Assembly (NCBI RefSeq): GCF_004010195.1
Contig: NC_057718.1
Location: 52,050,522-52,114,521, forward strand
Reading direction: 5' to 3'
Length of the DNA: 64,000 nucleotides
DNA from: Chiloscyllium plagiosum
Taxonomy: Eukaryota
The position numbers were made by a program, and so were the translations under genes. Below are positions 36,761-49,026 of the stretch, piece after piece (within the stretch, counting starts at the first letter, position 1; each line of letters opens with the position of its first letter). The notes under the pieces were generated by a model. The model did not search any database. It saw nothing but the letters and a program-made list of their open reading frames with translations, and was not told the DNA's origin.

Positions 36761-37587
36761 AAATGAGCTCTTTTCGATGTAACAGCACATAAAGAAACAC
36801 TAAAATGATGCAGCTACTCAATCAAAAATAGAAGCAAAAAAGAAATTACAGTGCCTCATTAGAACTTGGCTAAAGAGACGTTTATAAACACATGTTGTAT
36901 TTTGACTTAAAAAATACATTTTACTTTTCTCATATTGAATAAAATGTCATAAATTGCTGTCCTTTCAGAGGATCTTTGTGTAGCTATTAAATATTTTAAA
37001 TACAGTTCCTTCGATTATTGTATTGATACACAGAATGCAATGCAAAAGCTAATCAGAATGCTGCTAAGACTTGCAAATTCTGTATACTTTCCTTTATATC
37101 CATTAAAGATTTAAGGATTGCTTTTACATTTAGCTAAATGCAGGAAGCAGGCAGGAGAAAAGGGAAAATAACCTGAGCAGGAAGAATGACTCCTATTATC
37201 ATGTTGCTATCAGTGGGAGAACTTTGCTCTTTAATTTAACCAATGTTACCTCACAATGTCACGTTTGTCTGCTGATCAACTGTCAATACAGTCTTTGCAA
37301 AAGTTCAAAACATGGGTTAAAGCTAGAAAAATCTGCATTATTTTCCTTGATATAGGGTGGCTACTAATTAAAATAATGCTTTTCTTCTCCTTAATTAAGT
37401 GAAGAATAGAATTTATTACAAGTGCATGTAAATTGTGGTCACCAAGATGATTAGTATCTGCAGGGTGTAATTGGAAATTTAAATTCACACTATGTCAAAC
37501 AATGTGTTAAAATTCATTTTGTGAAAATAAAGACATATTCAAGTAATGTCTTGGACTAAATTATAAAATATGGTACTGAGTCAAGAG

Positions 37588-37686
37588 TCAAGAGTGTGGA
37601 GCTGGAAGAGCGCAGCAGGTCAGGCAACATAGGAGGAGCAGATGTTGAGAATCGACTGTTCGGGAATAAGCCCTTCATTAGGAATG
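37588..37686 (-). mobile_element. PLE terminal repeat (family A) abutting the 5' end of the long PLE
   Basis: gtgtggagctggaagagcgcagcaggtcaggc...ttcgggaataagcccttcattaggaatga. Confidence 0.75.
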
Positions 37687-38669
37687 ATCACACACCAGGA
37701 CGTCCAATCATATCAGGCAATGGAATCCTATGTGAGAACCTCTTTGGCTATGTCGAAGGTGTCTTGAAACCCATTATACAGGGAATCCCCAGCTTCTGTT
37801 GCAACACTACAGATTTTGTACAGAAACTCAGCACCCATGGACATTTGAACCAAGAACATTCCTCATCACAATGGACTCATCAGCACTCTACACCAGCATC
37901 CCCCATGCTGACAGCATCACAGTAATAGCCTCAGTATTCAATACCAACAACTGCCAATCTCCAAGCACCGTCCTACAACTCATCCGCTTCATCCTCAACC
38001 ACAATGTTTTTACCTTTGACAACCAGTTCTTCATCCAGACACATGGAACAGCCATGGGGACCAAATGTACACCCTAACATACCAACATTTTTATGCACAA
38101 ATTCAAAAAAGACTTACTTTCTGCACAGATCCTCCAACCAACACTATATACCAGATATATTGACAATATTTTCTTCCTCTGGACCCATGGCGAGGAATCA
38201 CTGGAACAGCTACACAGTGGTATAAACGAGTTTCATTCCACCATCAGACTTACCATGGATTATTCTTTAGTATCTATCTCATTCTTGGACATGCATCAAG
38301 GATGGGCACCTTAGCACCACACTCTACTGCAAACCCACAGACAACCTCACAATGCTGCACTTCTCTAGCTTCCACCCGAAACATATTAAAACAGCCATCG
38401 CCTACAGACAAGCCTAACGCACACACAGGATCTGTTCAGATGAGGAGGAACATGACGAGCACTTGGAAATACTCAAAGGTACCCTCATAAGAACAGAATA
38501 CAATGCTCAACTCATCGACTGCCAGTTCCGAAGAGCCACAGTGAGAAACCGCAATGACCTCCTCAGGAGACAGACATGGGCTGCAACAGGTACCCTTCAT
38601 TGTCCAGTACTTCCTGGGAGCCAAAAGACTATGCCATACTCTTCACGGCCAGCAACGCATTATCGATGA

Positions 38670-38877
38670 TGTTGTGGTTCTGTTTGCCGAGCTGAGAATT
38701 TGTGTTGCAGACGTTTCGTCCCCTATCAAGGTGACATCCTCAGTGCTTGGGAGCCTCCTGTGAAGCACTTCTGTGATCTTTCCTCCGGCATTTGTAGTGG
38801 TTTGAATCTGCCGCTTCCGGTTGTCAGTTCCAGCTGTCCGTTGCAGTGGCCAGTATATTGGGTCCAGGTCGATGTGC
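38670..38877 (-). mobile_element. PLE 3' end (family C, Poseidon-like) nested in the Neptune ORF, 10-bp TSD
   Basis: TSD ttatcgatga 38660-38669 / 38878-38887; minus peptide KHIDLDPIYWPL. Confidence 0.85.
38707..38746 (-). ncRNA. Minimal hammerhead ribozyme motif (family C)
   Basis: GCA-CUGAGGA-U-GUCACC(UUGAUA)GGGGAC-GAAAC-GUC^-UGC: intact core, stem I GCA/UGC, stem II with one mismatch. Confidence 0.7.
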
Positions 38878-39607
38878 TTATCGATGAGGATGAGCACCTT
38901 GCCAAGACCTTTCCTACGCCTCCACTTCTCATCTTTAAACAACTACCAAACCTCAAACAGATTATTGTTTGCAGCAAAATGCCCAGCTTTCTGGACGACA
39001 TTGACCACAACACCGTACAACCCCATCATCACAGCCACTGTAAGACATTTCAAAGAATCGACACTGATACCACTATTATATGTGGGAACACCTCCCACCA
39101 ATTTATGCAGCAGGTACTCATGTGACTTGATCAACATTGTCTATCTCAAATGCTACAGTCAGTGATGCTCTGAGGCTTGGTACATTGCCGAGACCGAGCA
39201 GAGACTACGGCAATGGATGAACGGACACTGCACAATGATCACCAGACAGGACGGTTCCCTCCCAGCTGGGGAACATTTCAGCAGTCCGGGATATTCAGCC
39301 TCAGAACTCCGGGTGACCATCCTCCAAGGCGGATTTCAGGACAAGCAACAATGCAAAGTGGCCGAGCAGAGGCTGATAGCCAAGTTCAGTACCCAAGGGG
39401 ATGGCCTCAACTGGGACCTTGGGTTCATGTCACACTACAGTTGACCTCACTATGCGCATGCATGCACGCACACACACATACACATACACAAACACAATCT
39501 CAATCTCTCTCTCATACGCACACACATGCACCCCCCGCGCACACCCCCACGTACGCACCCTCTCACAGGCTTATACCCCATCACACTCATACACATGCTT
39601 GGCTAAG

Positions 39608-39647
<40 letters not shown>

Positions 39648-39893
39648 TACATGCATCCACTCTGTCTCTCCTGCATGCACACACATATAGGTTTATGGGG
39701 TGAATTTTTATTTGCAGAATTACATTTTATTTTGCTCAAAAACTACATAAATCCATGTATGATTCTGTAAGTGCCACTTTAGGAATAAAATTGACTCAAC
39801 ATTTGTACAGACTTTACCTTCACACATTTAATGCATTGTCCGAGCTGAAATGACACCTATTATAAGATAAGCTGATGCCAACTTGAGAATGTA

Positions 39894-39990
39894 TTCATCC
39901 TTCATCCAGAGGCTCACTGATGATGTTACCTAGCATGGTGATGAACCATCTAAAAACGAGCCGACCAGCACAGCGAGCAAACCTACATCC
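39894..39990 (+). mobile_element. PLE terminal repeat (family E) insertion with 8-bp TSD
   Basis: TSD agaatgta 39886-39893 / 39991-39998; CUGAUGA-U-GUUACC(UAGCAU)GGUGAU-GAACCAUC is a degenerate hammerhead. Confidence 0.7.
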
Positions 39991-40201
39991 AGAATGTAAT
40001 TCTGGGATTTACATATTAAAGAACCTAAACCACCATATCCCATTCTAAAAGATGAAAGACTTAATTTAAATTTGTTTAAGAACTATAACCTGGTGTTGTG
40101 TGATTTTTAAATACAGTTGTTTAATATCTTATCACAACTCCATGACACTGTAACCCTTTTGCTATACATTCTGTGTCATATGGTCATGCTCCACAACCAC
40201 C

Positions 40202-40512
40202 ATGGCGGCTAAGTGGTTAGCACTGCTGCCTCACAGTGCCTGGGACCCGGGTTAGATTCCAGCCTCGGGCGACTGTCTGTGTGGAGTTTGCACACTATCC
40301 CCGTGTCTACGTGGGTTTCCTCCAGGTGCTCCAGTTTCCTCCCACAGTTTAAAGATGTGCAGATTAGGTGAATAGGTCATGCTAAATTGCCCTTAGAGTT
40401 AGGTGCATTAATTAGGGGGTGTGGGTCTGGTGGGTTACTCTTCAGGGGGTCAGTGTGGACTAGTTGGGCCGAAGGACCTGTTTCCACACTGTAGGGGATC
40501 TAATCTAAATCT
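40202..40512 (+). mobile_element. HE1-like/V-SINE inserted in the PLE terminal repeat, 8-bp TSD
   Basis: TSD caaccacc 40194-40201 / 40513-40520; A/B-box-like head, V-domain, TCTAA tail. Confidence 0.88.
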
Positions 40513-42889
40513 CAACCACCTGTTGAAGAGATAGCACCTCGAAAGCTAGTGCTTCCAAATAAACCTGTTGGACTATAACCTGGTATTGTGTGATTTTTAT
40601 CTTCAGACTCTTAACATTACAGTTCCAGTTCATGTCTTTCATCTCCCACAATCTCTTCAAACATTCCACAGGAAGTAGCATGAGAGCAAGATGAAGCTCC
40701 TCAGAGGATGTTACCTACTCTGAAAATACACCATTATGGGATTCATACATATCATCTACCAGGTAAGTTTCACACAACGTAATGCGACCACCCACAGAGA
40801 AGGTTGGGTTTTCACGAAATGAAATGGGCTGTATTTCGTGGGGCTTATAATAGCAGCTAAACTTATAGCAGGAGATAAATTCTCAATTTCCCAATGTCTA
40901 GGATGGAGCTGTAGGTTGCTTGCGTCCTCAAGTGTAGCACAGTGAGATACTGACCTGTTTAGGGATCAGATGGGTGTGGAGGAATGAAAAATCTCCAGAG
41001 AGCCAGGCTCAGGTCTATATGACTTGTTCAAGATGTTCATCTCTTTGTTGGAGGTTGAATCAGACAACTGTGCTCATGCTGTTGTTCCTCTTGTCTGCGA
41101 CATGATTGAAGACAAGCTTGTATCTATTGCTTAGTTGCTGCTGCTGGTTATCTTATTTCTCATCTCATTTCCAAACTAGAACAGTAAGCTGACAACGAGG
41201 AAGTGTAGATCAATTGCACTGCATTTCAAAAGTACGAGAAATTACTTTTCAAGCAATGAAAAAGTATTCTCAGAAAAATAAATCTCAATATCAAACTTTT
41301 ACCTTGGAGGTTGTTTGGCTCAATCCCTGGGATGGTGGTGTGGATCAGATTGATGCCAACAGCATGGGGTTCAACTGTATTCCTGGTAGATGGAAACAGG
41401 ATGGGACTCTGAGAGCTACCTGTGGGGAGCACTGTGGCACTACATTTCAGACCAGTCTTTGGGCAAAGAATATCTACATGCACTTTAATGCATGTTGTAT
41501 AAAGTAGTTCTAAAAGCATTATCATTGGAAATTGCATAAGGATCTACAAATCTGATAATGTCAAAGAGCCTTGAGTGGACAACTGGGGAGTGTGGTTCAA
41601 GATCCTGATTGAAAGACATAGATGTCATGTCTGACCCAATCATCTCTGTAATAATGCCTCAATAGCCAATGTAATTTAGACCAGTTTTTTTTAATTGTGA
41701 TACTACAATGAAATACATTTTGTTGTTAAGACAAGGGTCTCTGCTCTTTAAGTCTCAAGAGTGGTTCATCTTCTGCCATTATTATTCAAACTCATTCTAA
41801 GACTCAGCACTCAGATTCACAGAAACACTCTATTCCAACCGCAACCTGCTAGAGGCTGGTTTCATAGAAATAGAAAAAGAGTAACAGTCATTACACATCT
41901 CAGTATGATATGATGTATTAGTCCCATGACTTATTAGGCTGTTGAAGCACAAGTGATAAAAGTCAGATGTACAATATATAACCTCTAAAAGAACACTACC
42001 TGTAACCAGCCAGATTTTCATAAAAAGAACCAACAATGATGGTTCACCAATCCTTATACATGATTGGTTTATTTGTGCCAAAAAGTAAAATGTACCTCTT
42101 CTGGTTACTCCGTGGATCAAGCTCAATATTTCTCGATGCCACCAAAAAATGTGTTCCAAGTTGCAGCACTCAAAACAGGTAATATTTTATCCTATGGGGC
42201 ATACTTCACAAATGTCCAGGCAAAGTGGTGCACAGACAAAAATCAATGCAGAAAATAATACAAACGTCACAATTATAAGGAGAATTTGAGGCAAACACAG
42301 ATGGATTAAAAGGAGGAACTGGATAGACATCTGAGGGACAAAGGAACAGATGTAATGCTGGTGACATTAGTTGAAGAAGATAGGGGAACGTTCTTGTGGA
42401 GCGGATGCAATTCATCAAACAGTTTCATCAATCATCAGTCAGTTTGGCTGACTAGCCTGTTTCTGTAGTCTAACTTCCATTTAATTTCATGGACAGTGAA
42501 CAAACCCTCTTAAGATTTTAGACTTTCTTTAGACAGGTTATTTGATGATTTGAGTCAAATATCATTAACTAGACAAGCCGTCATTCTCAACTCTGGGTGT
42601 GACTTTGAATGCTAATTGTGTACTCCCAGCAGGCAGAATTCAAATTAGAATGTTGTGCTGTTATGTCAAAATGTGCATCTCCTTACTTGCTGTGTAATTG
42701 TGGCATAATGATTCATCATATTGGACGTCATGCAACCAAGATTGAACAAATGCCACTTATTTTATTTATCTTATTAATCTATGTAGAAACAGAATGAAAA
42801 TAATATTGAGAAACCAGCATTCCATTTTATATGTTTCCCATTCTTGATTTCCATAATTTTAATTCCTTCTTAAAGTATGGAAACTACTT

Positions 42890-43203
42890 AATTACTTGGG
42901 GACACAGATTCAAGGTACCAGGGAAGGGGGTTGGGGGTGGGAGGTGGGGGGGAATTGTTTAAAAGATACATGTGACGCAACTTTTTCACACAAAGGCTGC
43001 CTGGAATGCACTGCCAGTGGAGGTGGTAAAAGCAGGCATAATAGCAGCATTCAGGATGCTCCTGGATGAATACATGAAAAGGGATGGAATAGTGGGATAC
43101 GGATCCTGTAAGTGAAGTCAGTTTTAATATGGAAGGACAAAATGTGTTGGCGCAGGCTTGTAGGGCCAAAGGGTTTGCCCCTGTGCTGTATTATTCTTTA
43201 TTC
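42890..43203 (+). mobile_element. CR1 3' end
   Basis: ctttttcacacaaagg...ggaatgcactgccagtggaggtggt...gggccaaagggtttgcccctgtgctgta; similar to 51370-51605. Confidence 0.75.
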
Positions 43204-44820
43204 GAAATAGCCACAAGTCTTCACTCATTGTAATGTACCTAAAATATCTTATCAACAATTTTGTGAGAGTTTCTGCTGAATCTCTACTTTTTGGTCCTCA
43301 GAACATATTGTGAACTTGGAAATATTCCTCAATGCTTTTATCCAATATCCTTAGAAGTTTAACCCCCCCAAAAATTCAAAAGAAGCTTTTAAAATCAAAC
43401 AAAATAAACAATCATGTAGGAATCGGGCATGGTGAATATTGACAACTTCAAGTACATCTTCGATAGCAACAGCAGTTTTCATCTTAAAATTATTAGAGAT
43501 ATTTTGTATCCAGTTATGAAACCCATTTGACACAACTATTTGCCTGTGGACATTTTACAATTAAAGCATGAATATATGAACAGATTGCTGTCTCAACTAA
43601 CTGAGAGTTGCCTAATTATGCTTATTAGATCAAAGTCATTTAAAAAGCACAACGATTAGAAGACACTGGAACCCTCTCAGGCCAACAGTAATCGGCTATC
43701 TGTTTGAACTGACTACAATATAATAATTAAGGCAAATAAGTTGATTACTTATTTTTCTCCGACCAAAAGAAAGACCCCTGTGGTATTTCTAGCTAATAGG
43801 AGTATACATTTTGATTTTCAATAAATAGACTCGAAACACAGAACAATTACAGGAATTATTGGCCAAGTGTCAATTTTGGGGAGTTTCATGTGGGCTTCTC
43901 TCTTATCTCTCACGAGTTACCTTACTCAATTATATGCAGCTTGCCTCATTATTTCTGTACCACTCCCCTATGGCACCGCAGGCACTAGCATGCTCTTGCC
44001 GGCAGTGCACCACTGCCAGGGCATCCTGGGATTTCCCATGCTGGCACCATTTTTAAAAGGCACCTAATGTACCAACTCAAGTATGGTCACTCAAGTGCCA
44101 TCCTCCTCAGTTCCTGTGTGTTAAAAAATGACCTCAAGATGGCTCAGACAGGGACGTTGGCACCCTGCTATGCCAACAGGGACCGGAAGGCATCCTAACT
44201 GTACTCTTTCCATGTTCATCTAATTGAGGACTATCTTTCTTAGACTTTCAGACAAGACCATTTGGTAGAAGCACATGGAGTATTTTTGTCACATCCACCT
44301 CTGGAATATGCTGTAGGTGTAACATTGATGTAACATGGTGCCATTCAGCAAAGTATCCACCCCTTGACTGATCATTGTTGACAAACACGGTGTGCTGCCC
44401 GGCTTTGTATTTGCAATAAAAAGTAAGACAAGACAGGAGGACTGTGAGCCAGCAAGTTCTGAATGAGGGAGGATCAAGCTAAAGACCCTGAGATGCAGCT
44501 GTGTCTAATCCATTAAGTGGGTGCCTGTCACTGTACATAGGTTATGCTGGCAGCAGCATTACAATGGAAGGTGCTAGTGCATTCCACAGTGCAGCAATGA
44601 AATAGGGAACTGTATACTCAGTTAGTTAGAAATATGTCTGATGATGGGTGAGGCTGGTACATGTCTGATGCCAACCACCCTGCATGGAGTGTGCAGGTGG
44701 TCACTGCATCCAAACCCTTCTCATAGTCACCATAAGAGTGTTGAATATATCAATGTAACCTGTATCTAGTTGCAATAAATTACTTCTTGTTCAATACAAC
44801 AGAGTCTTCAGATTACATTG

Positions 44821-45437
44821 TATTATGGACCAGGTCAGACCCCCTCAAAACATTTCAAGAAGGTAGCCCAGACCCTAACTTTGTTAGATGTTTCAAGCAG
44901 GTGTAAATTGGATATTCCAGGAGGGATGCAGCTGGTCAAACCAATTAGTTGTAAACAAGACAGAATTTATTTACAAGATTACTGAATAAAACACAAACAA
45001 AAGAGAAAAGAATACAGAATGACTTAACCTATTCAAAAATCCAATAGATTATCCCAATTAATGATGCTGTTCCAAATACTTGCAACAATCCCCATAAACT
45101 CGCCTTGACACAAAAAATAAAATTAAACACAGAGTCTTCCAGGAGAGAGAGAGGGATTCAGCACGGAACACCTTCTTCCATGTAGCTGTTTCTTGGACCA
45201 ACAGCCTCAAAATGCCTGACTGCTTTCAGTGAACAGCCAAACTGCTAAAGTCAAACCAAACCAAAGCTGAGCTGGAAAAAACTGGCCACTCCCTTTTCAT
45301 TGTCCCAGTTATTTAAAAAAAAAACTTGAAAACCTTTTTCCTGAGGCCAGACCTTTTTTTGGAATTGCTGCTTTCATAACCTCTCTGAAAACAAACCAAG
45401 GACAATTTAACCTTGTTAAAGGAGCAGCATTGTCATA
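44821..45437 (-). mobile_element. Solo LTR, same family as 18673-19278
   Basis: ggaccaggtcagaccccctcaaaacatttcaagaaggtagcccagaccctaacttt is the reverse complement of ~19217-19272; the other end matches 18673-18720; AATAAA on minus strand at ~44966-44971; no clean TSD seen. Confidence 0.8.
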
Positions 45438-46169
45438 ACAGTAAATATAAAAATCAAAGAAACCTGAATGCTGGGAATTTGAACATCTGCAAATGACAAT
45501 TGAATAGTATTCCTTTACCATACTATGCCAAACAAGCCTATAGCTCCTTCACTTAAAGAGGATGGTGACAGCTAACCTAGCATATGGTGAGAGGCACACT
45601 CAGTATGATTAAACCTACAGTACTTATCACTCCAATGCGCACACTCAGTATACAGGCAGTATCTGGGTTACAAATATATTCCATTCCTGAGTATATTAAT
45701 AAATTGATTTGTACACAAATTGGAACACAAGTCAGTATAGTATAAATATTTAATCGTAACTTCAAGCAAATGTTTGCATGCCGGTACCTTAAAATTAACA
45801 GTAATATGGGATCTCGTTCATAACCATGAGCATTTGTAAATCAGACATTAGTAAGTTGGGGAGCCCTTCTGTTAAAGAAATGACTGTGATTGCACTTGTG
45901 TTAAATATAAAATTAAGCAATACTGTAAAATATGTCATGCACTGATAGGGCATTCTGTGAGTTGAACTGGATGCTGAAGAATTTCATAGATCACATATGC
46001 GTATATCTTCAATATTCTTGAGGCTAGACTGGAAAACACTTTATAAACGAGTTATTAACACTATTTTATTTTACAGCAAATTAGCATAAACTTTGGACTT
46101 ATTTAACTCAGTGAATACAACTAGTCTTCTCACAAATTTTGTTGTATTATGTTAATAAGTAACATTATT

Positions 46170-46268
46170 TGGCCTAGTCGTATTATCACTGGACTGTTAA
46201 TCTAGAGACCCAAATAATGTTCTGGGGAACCTGGGATCAAATCCTGCCATGGCAGATGGTGGAGTTTG
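46170..46268 (+). mobile_element. tRNA-derived SINE/LINE head fragment
   Basis: ggcctagtcgtattatcactggactgttaatctagagacc...gggatcaaatcctgccatggcagatggtgga. Confidence 0.6.
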
Positions 46269-46665
46269 AGTAAAATTTGAAGGGCATCGTGGAAGACCAT
46301 CCCTGGTGACAAGCAGATGGAAGAGCATCCAACCAGGGTGGTGCAGAGGCATTTTTCATTTGTGTTCTGGGATTGGGCTTTGCAGTCAGCGTGGGTGTGA
46401 AGGACATTGTGGAAAGCCATTCCTGACATTGTGAGGATTAATTAAGTTACAGGGGTAAGACATGGCAGGAGAGTTCCTAATCATAGTCTGCTCCTCTTGC
46501 TCAATGTGGAATGCCGGACACATTTCCTGTGCCTGGGATCTGTGCGTGTGTGAAAAATGTCTCCAGCTGCAGCTCGGGAAGTTGCAGTTTCAGAGTAGGA
46601 GTGGTGTTTGAGGACACTGTGGAGCATTTACGATGCGGAGAGTATCATGGATAGCATGTGGAGAG

Positions 46666-47143
46666 AATAGGAACAAATTACTGCAGACACTGGAATCTGT
46701 ATTGAAAATCACAAATGCTGGAGATCACAGTGAGCTAAATAGCATCCATGGAGAGAGAGCAAGCTAACATTTCAAGTCTAGATGACTTTTTATCAGAGCT
46801 GAAGTCAAGTCTGGAGGGGACAGTGTTTATGCTATAGTTTGGGGGGAGACGGAGTTAGTGGGTGTAGGGTGCTGATGGAGAAAATATGTTGATAGTTCAG
46901 ATTTACAGATCAGAATGCGTTTGATCTGATCACTTAATCTGAACTATCAACATCTTCTTTCCATCAGCACCCTGCACCAACTAACTCCACACTCTGCAAA
47001 CTATGGCATAAATGCTGTCCCCTCCACACTTCACTTCAGCTTTGATGAAGAGTCATCTTGACTTGAAAATGTTAGCTTGCTCTCTCTCCACGGATGCTGT
47101 CTGACCCATTGTGATCTCCAGCATTTGTTGTTTTCAGTACAAA
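46666..47143. mobile_element. Fold-back PLE-derived element (family D-like) with ~220-bp arms in CR1 ORF1, 7-bp TSD
   Basis: ~46698-46914 and ~46920-47141 are imperfect reverse complements; TSD tggagag 46659-46665 / 47144-47150; degenerate hammerhead in each arm (UUGAUGA-AGAGUC...GACUU-GAAAAUGUU). Confidence 0.85.
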
Positions 47144-48262
47144 TGGAGAGGTGGTTACACTGCAGAGTCAGAGTCCACAGGCAGGAAGAGAATGGGTGAA
47201 CACTAGGCAGATCAGGATGGCTAAGCAGGCAGTGAAAGGATCTCCTGTGGCTATTCCCCTGCAAAACAGGTATACCATTTTGGATACTGTTGAGGGGAAT
47301 AGTCTCTCAGAGGATAACAGCAGCAGCCAAATTCATGGCAATATGGTTGGCTCTGCTGCAGAGGGAGGGAGAAATAGCAAAGAAATGCTATAGTTACAGG
47401 AGATTTAATCATAAGGTGTACAGATAGGTGTTTCCGTGGCCGTAGACAAGAGTGCAGGATGGTGTATTGTCTCCATGGTGCTAATGTTCTGGATGTCTTG
47501 GAGCAGTTGCAGGACATGCTGGAGTGGGAGGGTGAACAGCCAGTGGTTGCATTACACGGTGGTACTAATAACAAAGGTAAAAAAAGGGATGAAGTCCTAA
47601 AAGCAGAACGTAGAGAATTAGGATGAAAGTTGAAACGTAGGACTCCAAAGGTAGTTATCTCAGGATTACTACCAGCTTCATGAGCTAGTCAGAATAGAAA
47701 CAGCAGGATTTATAGGATTGAACACGTGGCTGAAAAGATGGTGCTGGTGGGAAGGTTTCAGATTCATGGGGCATTGGAGAGGTGGGACCTGGATGAGTTA
47801 CACCTGGGCAGGACCAGGACTGATGTTCTTCGAGGTAGAGTGGGTGGGGAGGGTTTAAACTGGTGTGGCAGGGGGATGCGAACCAAAGGAATAGGGCAGT
47901 AGATGCAGAAATTGAGGGAGAGTAGAAACTAAGGCAAACATGAATAAGTACAAGTTCAGGCAGGGGAGGTGGTCTGAAATGCATGTGTGTCAATGCTAGA
48001 AGTATAATAGGCAAGATAGTTGAACTTAGCGCTTTGCTAAGTACTTGGAACATTATTGTGATAATGGAAACTTGGCTGAAAGAAGGACAGGTCTGCCAGA
48101 TGAATGTCCCAGGATTTAGATATTTCAGGTATGATAGAAGAGGATGTAAAAGGGGTGGGGGAGTTGTATTACTGGTAAAGGAACATTTCACAGCTGTACT
48201 GAGGGAGGATATAGCAGAGGACTCATGCAGCGAGGCAACTCAGGAATAGGAAAGATGAAATC

Positions 48263-49026
48263 ATGATACACCCCTCCAACTGTAACAAGGATAGAACCCC
48301 CCCCGGTGCTCACCTTCCACCCTACCAACCTTCGCACAAACCACATCATCCGAAGACATTTCCGTCACCTGCAAATGGACCCCACCACCAGGGATATATT
48401 TCCCTCCCCACCCATTTCCGCTTTCCGCAAAGATTGTTCCCTCTGTGACTACCTGGTCAGGTCCACGCCCCCCAACAACCCACCCTCCCTTCCTGGCACC
48501 CTCCCCTGCCACTGCAGGAATTGCAAAACCTGTGCCCCTACCTCCTCCTTCATCTCCATCAAAGTTTTGCCTGCACATCTGCCAATATCATTTATGGTAT
48601 CCGTTGCTCCCGATGCGGTCTCCTCAACATTGGGAAAACTGGACACCTCCTAGCAGAGGTCTTTAGGGAACATCTCCAGGACACCCGCACCAATCAACCA
48701 CACTGCCCTATGGCCCAACATTTCAACTCCCCTTCCCACTCTGCCGAGGACATGCAGGTCCTGGGCCTCCTCCACGGCTGCTCCCTCACCACCCGACCAT
48801 CCCCACCCCCATTCACCTTTATACTCTATGCTACTTTCTCCCCCCCCCCACCCCCCTCGCATTTATCTCTCCACTCTGCAGGCATCCTGCCTCTATTCCT
48901 GATGAAGGGCTTTTGCCCGAAATGTCGATTTTCCTGCTCCACGGTTGCTGCCTGAACTGCTGTGCTTTTCCAGCACCACTCTAATCTAGACTCTGGTTTA
49001 CAGCATCCGCAGTCCTTGTTTTTACT
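48263..49026 (+). mobile_element. PLE 3' fragment (family A-like, Neptune-type GIY-YIG) inserted in the CR1 endonuclease
   Basis: LTFHP...IIRRHF, PCHCRNCKTC, NIIYGIRCSRCGLLNIGKTG, AQHFNSPSHS; terminal repeat with ctgatgaagggcttttgcccgaaatgtcg at 48899-48927. Confidence 0.9.

Larger units (their letters stand above)
37687..40602 (+). mobile_element. Penelope-like retroelement (Neptune-type), 5'-truncated: RT, Zn linker, GIY-YIG endonuclease, (CA)n tract, family B terminal repeat
   Basis: GRPIISGNG, LITMDSSALYTSIPH, QTHGTAMGT, YTRYIDNIF (RT); HSHCKTF linker; NIVYLKC...WYIAETEQRLRQWMNGH, GEHFSSPG, AEQRLIAKF...GLN (GIY-YIG). Multiple frameshifts. Confidence 0.92.

Noticed and set aside
39177..39770. 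His/Thr-rich ORFs (also 30514-30904 and Cys/Val-rich 53155-53391)
   Set aside because: Translations of (CA)n/(TG)n microsatellites.
40202..40275. tRNA gene-like A/B boxes (also in the other SINE heads)
   Set aside because: These are SINE heads running into V-domain and LINE-like tails, with no complete cloverleaf.
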